Assembly (NCBI GenBank): GCA_001724265.1
Contig: MEDY01000001.1
Location: 1-64,000 of the forward strand
Length of the DNA stretch: 64,000 bases
Reading direction: 5' to 3'
DNA from: Rhizaria sp. SCN 62-66
Taxonomy: Eukaryota
Part shown: piece by piece, positions 49,701 to 58,700 of the stretch
Position numbering within the stretch: position 1 is the stretch's first letter
Layout: each line of letters opens with the position of its first letter
Position numbers and translations under genes: made by a program
Notes under the pieces: generated by a model
What the model was told of the DNA's origin: nothing
The model's input: the letters and a program-made list of their open reading frames with translations, nothing else
Database searches by the model: none

Positions 49701-52700
49701 CAGCCACGAGAGCAGTGCGAGTATTCGCAGTCTCGGTTGCAGGTGTTGCTGTAGTGGCATCGCGACGAGCATCCTTCCGCCGACTGCGTTTGACCGCTTT
49801 CACCTCGTTACCGTCGTCTTTAGTCTCTTCAGCAGCCGGTGCAGCAGCCGCAGCAGCTGCAGCAGCGGCTGCATCGCGGCGAACGCGGTGGTGCCTGCGG
49901 TGGCGCGCGCGAAGACTGCGCAGGGCCGCAACATGCACGCCGACTGCTGAGACTGGCAACGGCAATGGGGCGAGACGCTCGGGTTTGTCATCCTCGCTCG
50001 TGTCGTTGACCGTGGGCGCATCGTCGTCGTCAGGAGTCGCCAACGTGTTCTTGTTTGCACGCGCATCAAGTAGGACGTGTGCGTCAAAAGTACCCAGGCG
50101 AACCTCGTACGAGACGTCTGCAAGTGCGCTCATGCGCAACGTCGACTGGTAAAGCGCAAACTGGTCTTGCAACTCCGAGCTCACCACAATATCTTCGCGC
50201 GTGCGAAGCATCGCAGGTGCGAAGACGGGAACCATACTGTCGCGTCGAGCGCGCCCTGGTGGCATCATCGGGCTAACCGCAGCACTGGTGCCAGCGAGTC
50301 CCTGCGCTGATGGAAAAGGGGCGGCAAGCGTGCCAGCCACAACGCGGGCGCGTGGGACTGCAGCAACAACAGCGGTGGGGTCAACGGCAGCAGCTTCAGC
50401 TTCCGACAGCGAAACAATCTTCGCGGCGTCAACTGCATCATCCCACTGGGCTAAGCCGGCCTCCGCGACCGCAGAAAGTGCGAGGGCCTGTGCTGGCGTC
50501 ACAGTCGCCGTGATAGAGTCAATCGCAAGCGCCAAGCGCCGCGTTACCAGCACGCGACATGGGTCAGGTGCAAATACGCTCGTCATCGTCAGCGAGATAG
50601 GCGAAACAAAAATACCCGTCACACAGGCACCGGTGTCCAACGCAGTCGAGTTGCTGTTGACGGGGTGAATTTTGAACGACTGGGGCACCGCTGCTCCCGG
50701 AAGTGGCGGCGGCAGCGCACGCCAACGACCTTCGCGGAGTGCAACCGTCGTGACTGCAGCTTGGGTACCGTCGGCAACATTATCAGTATCACTTAGGGTG
50801 GATGACGACGGCTTCGTTGGCGCAGGTGCCTCAAGTGCAGCGTCAGTTGGCAGTGCGACTACGATCGGGCTGACGTCGACCGTGACTTGGCTGAATTGCG
50901 GCGTCGCAAAGAGCCCTACATGCGCAGTTTCGGCGCGGATCACAGTTGTCGTCGCACTCGCAGGCAGCGCCGCATCCAGTTGCGGCCCACACGCAGACGG
51001 GTAGAGCAGACGCGGGAGCGCAATCGCAGCGCCGGCGACATCGACGGAGAGCTTTGTCTCGGAGTGACGCGGAAGGCGGCAGCGAGGCATCACATTCACT
51101 CTGCCCATGCCACTGGCAGCAGCAGCAGCCGCGAGGGGGGCGTTCACTGTGGCGATGAATTGCTCATTGTCAGTGGCAAAAGCTCGTGTGGACTCGACAA
51201 AAGAACGGAGATTCACGCCGCCGGCGCGCACAAGCTCTTCTTCCATCACAGCAGCGGTCGCGCCCATGAAGTAGTTCTGCATAAACGTCCAAAACGGGCG
51301 CGCAAGGTGTCCGTGCGCCGACATGCGGGCACCCTCGAGACTGAGCTTGATGCGGTTGCAGTCGCGAGTAACATCCTGCGCGCCTATGTCACTGTGGCTC
51401 GGCACAGTGTGCCGCTCGGCGCCCTGGATGAAGCCGAACTCAAAGCGGCGCACAGCGAGCAAGGTATGAGCGACGTGTCGCACGGTCACCACTGCCAAGC
51501 CGGTCTCGGCCGTGAGCACGTTCGACTGAATCTGAGCGTCAAGCGCCTCTAAGTCAGGGCCAAGCGCAGACGGCCTGCCGGCCGCCAACGAAAGCCCACT
51601 GCTCGCCACCGACGGGGGCGGAGGCACCTGGGTAATAATCGGCGACAAAGGGGCCGCATGACCACGCGTGCCTTTAGCGGGTGAAGTCATTACGGACTGT
51701 GAGGCGTTCGCGGGGGCAGGAGATGATGGGACAGCTGCGGCGGGCAAGTGCGCCAAGCCCAGACCAAACAGGCCCAAACCAAGCCCCGCAGTCGTGCTTG
51801 AGGGAACCAGCGCGGAGTCGTCATCGTCCACTCTAGCGGACGGCGCGTCCAAGACTGGCTCTACAGTTGGCTCTGGCGGGGGCGGCGGCACCACAGGCGC
51901 CACAGGCGCGAGCTCCGCAACAGAGGCGCGCTGCGAAAGCGCGATACCAGCAAGAACCTGCTCGGGCGAAACCGCGCGCGTCGCCTCAATGAGAGTGTCG
52001 ATGTCCGCAGGATCGAACGAGAGGTCAGTGCCACCGTACCCGCTCGCCGCTGCCGTCACCGAAATCGCGGCCGCCAACAGCGACGTCTCCACGGAGTTCG
52101 TGTCCGCCTCAGATGTTGCAGTGGCGGCAATCGCGAGCGTGTCGTCATGAGAGACTTCACCGGGCGCCGCGTCATGCAGCTCGAGTTCCATCGCAATCGT
52201 GTCGTGCTCCTCAGCCACGTCCGTGCCGACCGCGTCCTGCACAGCAGAGCGCGCCTCCGCGGCCGCGCGCACCGTCGCAGGCAAAGGAATTCCGGCGCTA
52301 AACGCACCGGAGTTACCTGTGCCAGCGCCACTGCCTAGCGCAGCGCTTGACCCGGTGGCGGCAGCCGTGGCGGCGCTCGTAGTGTTGAGCGCTGAGTCCG
52401 TCAGCGCAGTGGCGTCGAGCTCAGTCACAAGAACGGAGCCGCCAGCAATGACAGTCTGGGGCAGCAGCGCGGCAGAGCCCGTCTGCGGCGGCGGCGCGCG
52501 CTCGCCGAACTTTTCGCTCCGCTGGATCGCGGCCAAGACGTCGGCGTTCGCGGCCATGCGTGCCGCGCCAAGAGTCTTGCTAATGTAGCCGACAGTCGCG
52601 ACGGGCAGCCGCAGCGGCACCGAGACTGGGATGCGGGCCGCATGCACCGGTGCGTCGGGAAGGTCGGCGGGAGAAACGACAGCCAATCGTGCAAGCGGAT

Positions 52701-55700
52701 GGCGATAGGGCAGCAGAACGTGCGCAGACAAGTCGTCGGCGGCGAAGCTGTACTCGGCCTGTGCATGTGCAGGGGTGTAGCTCAAGTAGGGGATCTTCGC
52801 CGCCACGCTCAGCAGCGGGCCCTTCAGCATAATGTAGGTGTCGTTGAGCAAGTCGTTAGCGGCGTTAAGCACGTGTGCCTCGTTGGCCAGCACAAACACC
52901 TCGGGCTGCTCCACAGTCATCGTCACCGACATCTCCCAGGGCGCAAACCAGAGAGGTGATCGCGGGTCATAAGGCAGCGCCAGGTCTGTCTGCGCTGCTC
53001 GGCGCTGGCCAAAAACGCTCCAGTGCGCCGACAGGTCTCCCAGCAGCTGGATCTGGTCGTTTAAGAACCACACGCGCACAGGCACGGCGGCGGCCGGGTC
53101 CGCGGGCAGCGGCGCTGACGGCGGGAGAGCCGGCGCGGCGGGCTCGAGCACGCGCGGCGGCCAGATCTGCGAGTCTGACGCGGCGGCCGCGCGCCAGGGC
53201 CGGAGAACCTCGCTGTCCATGACCGCGTCGACGTCGAGCAGCGGGGCCGCGCCAGAGCCGAGCGGACCGGCGTGCATCGCCATGACGGCGGCCGACGCGG
53301 CGCCGTTGTTCACAGGGTACCGCTGTGTGTAGCGCATCGTCAGGTCGCAGCTATCGAGCATCACACAACCGCTTGCGGGCACTTCCACGGGCTCCGGTGC
53401 GGCGAGTGCCGCATCCCCTGCTGTGGCGTCACCAGCCTGTGTAAGCGCGACGGGCACGGCCGTGGTGAGCGCCGTGGCGTGCTTGAGTGAGGTCGTGACC
53501 GTGGCGGAGCGGAAGCGCGCCTGGACATCCATGAGCGTGCAATCCGCAGCGTGAATCGGGTTTGCCGTGCCAACATAGAAGATCGCAGAGCTGGAGCCCA
53601 GTGATAACGTCACGTTGCCGGTGTCGTTGGCGTGCGGCCACAGGGCTGCGGGCGACGCACCAAGGCCAGCAGTGCCACTGTCGGCAGTTGTGGGTTCAGA
53701 GGCGTCGACAAGCTCCGGATACAACTGTGCGAGGCGTGACGCCTCCGCAAAAGGCAGCGCCACAGCCGACGCAGCCTCGAACACCACGTCCACAGTCATG
53801 TCAAAGTACGGTGCGTACATGAGATCAATCGGCGCGGCGTCAGCCTCGCCCTCAGGCATCGCTGGGAAACCACCACGCGCGCGCAACGCCACGAGTGCGT
53901 CCGAATAGCCGCGCACGGCCGCACTGCGCACGGAGTCGCGGCGCGCCTCGCGCACCTTCCGCTGTTGCGCGGCTGCACGGCGGGGATTCTGCGCGCCCGC
54001 TGCGTTCGCGCCAGAGCTTAACACAGCGCGCTGCCACGCGCGCGCGTTGGCCGACGCCAGTGCGGCAGCCAGACGGCCCTCGGCATATTGCTCGAAGCTC
54101 TCGTCTGCGCGCGCCAGCACAGGTTGGTTCTCCATTGCGGAGGGCATGAAGTACGTCTGCAGCAGCGCGCGGTGGTGGTCGTGCCACGCGCCATACTCGG
54201 TCGCAGCAGGGCGGTGAAACGACACCATCATCCGAGTGCGCGGACACGCGGCGCGCACTTTACCCGGAGAGAGCGGGCCAGCGAACAGCATCGCCAACGC
54301 GGCGGCGTGCGCTGTGGGCAGGCTCCAGCTCTCACGGTGCGCGCCGCGAACGCTGGCCAATGCGGAAAGCGCGACCGGCAGCGGCGCAGTCGCTGCCGCG
54401 CCATCGATCGCGTCCCGCTTACCGCCTCGGCGTAATCCCATCACACGACTGCGCACGCCGCGCAGGTTGCTCGTCATGATGCTGTCGCGCAGTGAGGACA
54501 GCGCGCGGCGCGGAAACGATGTCATCTGCGCGAGCATAGCGCGCGCGCCGCGGCGCCGGGATTTGCCAGGACCTGTTGCGGCAGAGGAAAACTCGGACGC
54601 GAAGTCGGAAGGCGAGTAGCCCAGCTCGAGAGCGTCGGCAGGCATGCCGTCGTCGCTGCTAAAGCTGTCGCTTCCGCTGCTGCTGTAGTCGTCGTCCGTA
54701 GATGTTTCTGCCTCAATCGCATCGGCCATGGCGGCGTCGGCGGTTGCGGCGTCGAGCGCAGCAGACAGCGCGGCGTGAGTCTGTGGACGCAAAAGCAGTG
54801 CCTTGCGGAGCACAGCCGACAACGGCAGGGGGGCGTCAACGCAGTAGCGAACTGAAAGCTCGGCACAGGAGAAAATAACGTGGTGGTACGGCCGTGGCGC
54901 ACCGAGTGGCAACATCGCAGCAGCCGCGGTGGCCTGGCCTGGCGGTGAGAGGTCAATCCGCACGGGGCGCATCGTCGGCACAGTGCCAATGCGCACGCCG
55001 CTGGCATCGGGCGCCTGCTCATCAGTGAGTTGCGGGAACAGAGACGCAGGCAGCAGAACATCGTACGATCCCTGCGTCAACACGTCGTAGCGTCGCGCCA
55101 CGCCGCTTCCTGCTGGCCCGTGTCCCGTCGGTGCTGCCACGGGCGCCGCGACGTCGTCGGGACACCGCGGCGGCGGCGGGATGTCGAAGCGCGCATTGCG
55201 AGTTGACGTGGAGCCCGCGTCGGCGGCGGTGGCTGCGGCGACAGCGGGCTCGAACCCGGGGTCCGCGACGATGCGCTTGACCTGCTTGCTGGCGGAGACA
55301 GATGTCGTCGCGACAGAACCCGACGCCACGGTAGCCGCAGACGCAGCGCCGAGCGGACCCAGTGCGGTGCCCGTGGTGGGCACGGTCAGCGGGCCCGGCT
55401 GCGCGAACGTCGCAGTGACGTCAGGGTACGGCGTCGCCAGCGAGCTAAAGGGCGTCGCAACGGCGTCCACAAACGTGCGCAGGATGTCCGTCGGGAACGG
55501 CGCGTTGGCCGCGGCGGCGCGCGTGGCGGCGTCTGCGGCGTCGATCACGGCGTCGTCGGCCGCGTCGCCGCCCGCTAGCCCGCGCAGCGCTGTCTCTGCA
55601 ACTGCGTGCATGCGCAGGATGAGCCGCTGCCGGAACACCGCCACTTCGACGGGGTCCAGCTCCTCGGCAGGCACCGCGGTGTGCGCGGCCACCGTTGTCG

Positions 55701-58700
55701 CGGCATTCGCGGCGGCCGCAGCAGCGGCAGCGGTGGCGGAGGCGGGGACGGGCCGAGCGCCGCCATTGTTAGCAGACCCGCCGGACGCGATGAACGACCC
55801 CGCCGCGTGCTCGAGCGAGGGCGGCGCGTCGGGCAAATCCGGCCGCGCGCCGTGGAAGGCGGTCAACGCGTCCTTGCGCGCGGCGTCGCCGTCGACGGCG
55901 TCCACCACCGTCGCGCTCGCGCCGGCGACCTCGGGCGCGGGGGCCAGGTCCAGCGGCAACGCGGCCAGGCCGCCGCTCGGCCCCGCGGCGGCAGCGGACG
56001 GAGACGTGGACGTTGAAGAGGGCGAGGCCGCGAAACCGGGCGCTACGGTGCGCGCGCGGCCGGAGAGCAGCGACGAGGCCAGGTTCGACCAGCTGCGCGC
56101 GCCGGACGAGAGCGTCGAGCTCCGCGACACAGGCATCGCTGCGCCGTCCTCTTCTTCGTCCTCATCGTCCTCGGCGACTGTCGCCTTCGCGTCGGCGTCG
56201 GCCTCGGCGGCGGCGACAGCTGCGCCGGCTTCGGCGTGCTGCGAGGCCGCTTCGGAGACAGAGTTCGCGATCAGCTTCGTCTCCATTGTCGGGGCCGTGC
56301 TTGTGTTAGCAGGCGTGTCAGTAGTAGCGTCTGCGGCAGCCGTGTCTGCGGCAGCCCCGTCTGCGGCCGCGGCCGCGGTGCGCCGGTCGCGCGTGCCCTG
56401 CAGCAGCGCGGCACGGTGCGCGCGCAGCGACGCCGTGCCAGCGCCAGCGCCCGTCACACCGGGACTGCCGCCGGGGGGCGCGCGCGAGTCACCACCGAGG
56501 AGCGCGGTGGCGGCGGACTTGCTGCGGAGCCCCGGCGTGCCTGGCGAGCCACCCAGAGAGCCCGGGAGGCTACCTACCACGACTGCCGATTGAGCGTGGG
56601 CGTGCAGCTGCGCGGGCTGTGGCGATGACGGTGTGGCCGCGCCGCGGTCAGAGGTGTGCGGGGGGGGTCCCACCAAGGGCGCGGAGGGCGCGCTCATGCG
56701 CACAGCGTCCGACGCTGAAGACGACGACGACGACGCGTCCGCAGGAGCGCTCGCGGCGGAGGCCGCAGCAGCAGAGCTTCCTGCGTTGGTGTTCGCTGTC
56801 ACTGCCGAGGTCGGCACGACGGGAACGGACTGGACGGCGGCGACCTCGCTGACGGTAGGCACCGCGGTAAACGCGGGGTCGTGGATGTCTACCGCGTTGG
56901 CCGCGGCGGCGGAGGCGGCGACGCAGGCCGTGTGCAGCTCACCGAGCCGCGCCTTCTCACGCGCCGCGGCGGCTGTGTCGGGCACGTGCGCGTCGTTGCT
57001 CTGCAGGTAGACAACGGCGCCGCGCAGCGTGCACTCGCTGACGCCCGTGTAGTGGACGAGCACTGGGGACAGCGCGAAGTCCCACGGACACGCCGCGCGC
57101 GGGGGCAGCCGCAGACTGGGCGCCACGCCCGTGCCCGGTGCGGTGTGCGCGGCAACAGCGGCCGCGCGCCCGCGCGCACGCGCGTTCGCAATAGGCGCGG
57201 CGGGCCGCAGACTAGCAGCGCTAAAGAGCCGCCGAGCCATGTCGAGCGCGCCGAAAACGACGTCCGCGTCGGCCTCGCGCGCAGACTCGGCGTCGTCGTC
57301 TTTGGCGCCGGCCGCGGCGTCCTTCTCGGCGGTATCAGCGGCTGCGGCGCTGCCCGCCGCCGAGTCTGGCTCGCCGTGGACGTCGGCGGCCTCGGTGATG
57401 CGAGCCGTATGCACGAGCGCGACCGAGTCCGCCTTGAAGACGAAGAACTGCGGTAGACGCACGGTGCCGACGACGACGGCGAGCGACTTGACGCGCACAC
57501 TGGTGACCGGGAACCACGAGTAGAAGCCCGGCAGCGGCGGCAGCGACGCGAGAGCACCGCCCAGTGCAGTCGCAACGGGCAGCGGCTGCAGCACGCGCCC
57601 CGGCTCGGCCCCCGCGCGCACCGCGGCGGCGCCCTCGGCCGACGGGGACGACAACGCGTCGCTGCCGCCGCTACGGTCCGCCGTCGCCGCCGGGTGCGCT
57701 GAGCCGGGCGCAACGGCGACGGCGGCGGGCGCGGCAACTGCGCAACGCCACCAGTGGTCTGGCCGCGGCAGCACCCGGCCCAAGTACGCCAGGAACGACC
57801 GCGACTGCCGCGCAGGCACCTGCAGCAACACTGTCTTACTGCGCGCATTGCTGGTTTGACCGTCGGCGCCAGCTTCACCGCGCGGCGTGGCGGTGAGCGC
57901 AAGTACCGTGGGCGCGGCGGCGGCGCGGCGGCGGGCGAGCGCGGCGCGGCGGCCCGCGGGCGTGTATGGCGCGCGCACAGCGGGGCGCGTCAGCCAGCGC
58001 AGCAAAGACGTCAGCGAGTCGGCGGCGCGCGCACGGGCCGTGGTTTGCTGTGCGGGGGCGCGCGGCGGGTGGCGAGCCCAGAGGCCGCCCCAGAGAGCGT
58101 GGGCAGTGTTGCCGCCGCTAGCCTTGTTATTCGCCACCGGGATAGCGTTGTTGGGCGCGTCGCCACTGCTGCCGCCGCCGTAGTTGTTGTTGTGCGGACT
58201 GAGTGCGTCGTCCCCATTATTGGCGCCATTGTTGCTGTAATCATTGCCGCCGTGGCCGTCGAGATCGTCGTCGTCATGGTCATGATAGTCATCGTCGAAA
58301 TCATCTTCGTTGTCGTCATCGTCGTCGTAGTCCTCGTCGCTCAAATGCTCATCGTTGTTATTCCTATCGCCGTCCTCAGCAGCGTGTCTGTTAAGCATGT
58401 CACTCAAGCCACCATCACCAGCGCCGCCATTGCCGTTGCTGCTGCCGCCACCCACAGCCGAATTGTGTGCCGCGCTGCGAGCTTGCCTGCGCGCCGCGCG
58501 CGCGCCGCTGCTCCACGCTGCGCCTGCGGCGATGCCCGCGGCGGCGGACACGGTGTGCTGCCGAGCCCGTGCATGGGGCGCGACGGGCGCGTCCTCCAGC
58601 GCCGCTTCCGCAGCGGCGGCGGCGGCGCCCTCGCCGAACTCGAAAAACGCCTCGAGCGCGGCGCTGTCTTCCTCGTCGCTGCGGTCACCGCTGTCGCGGT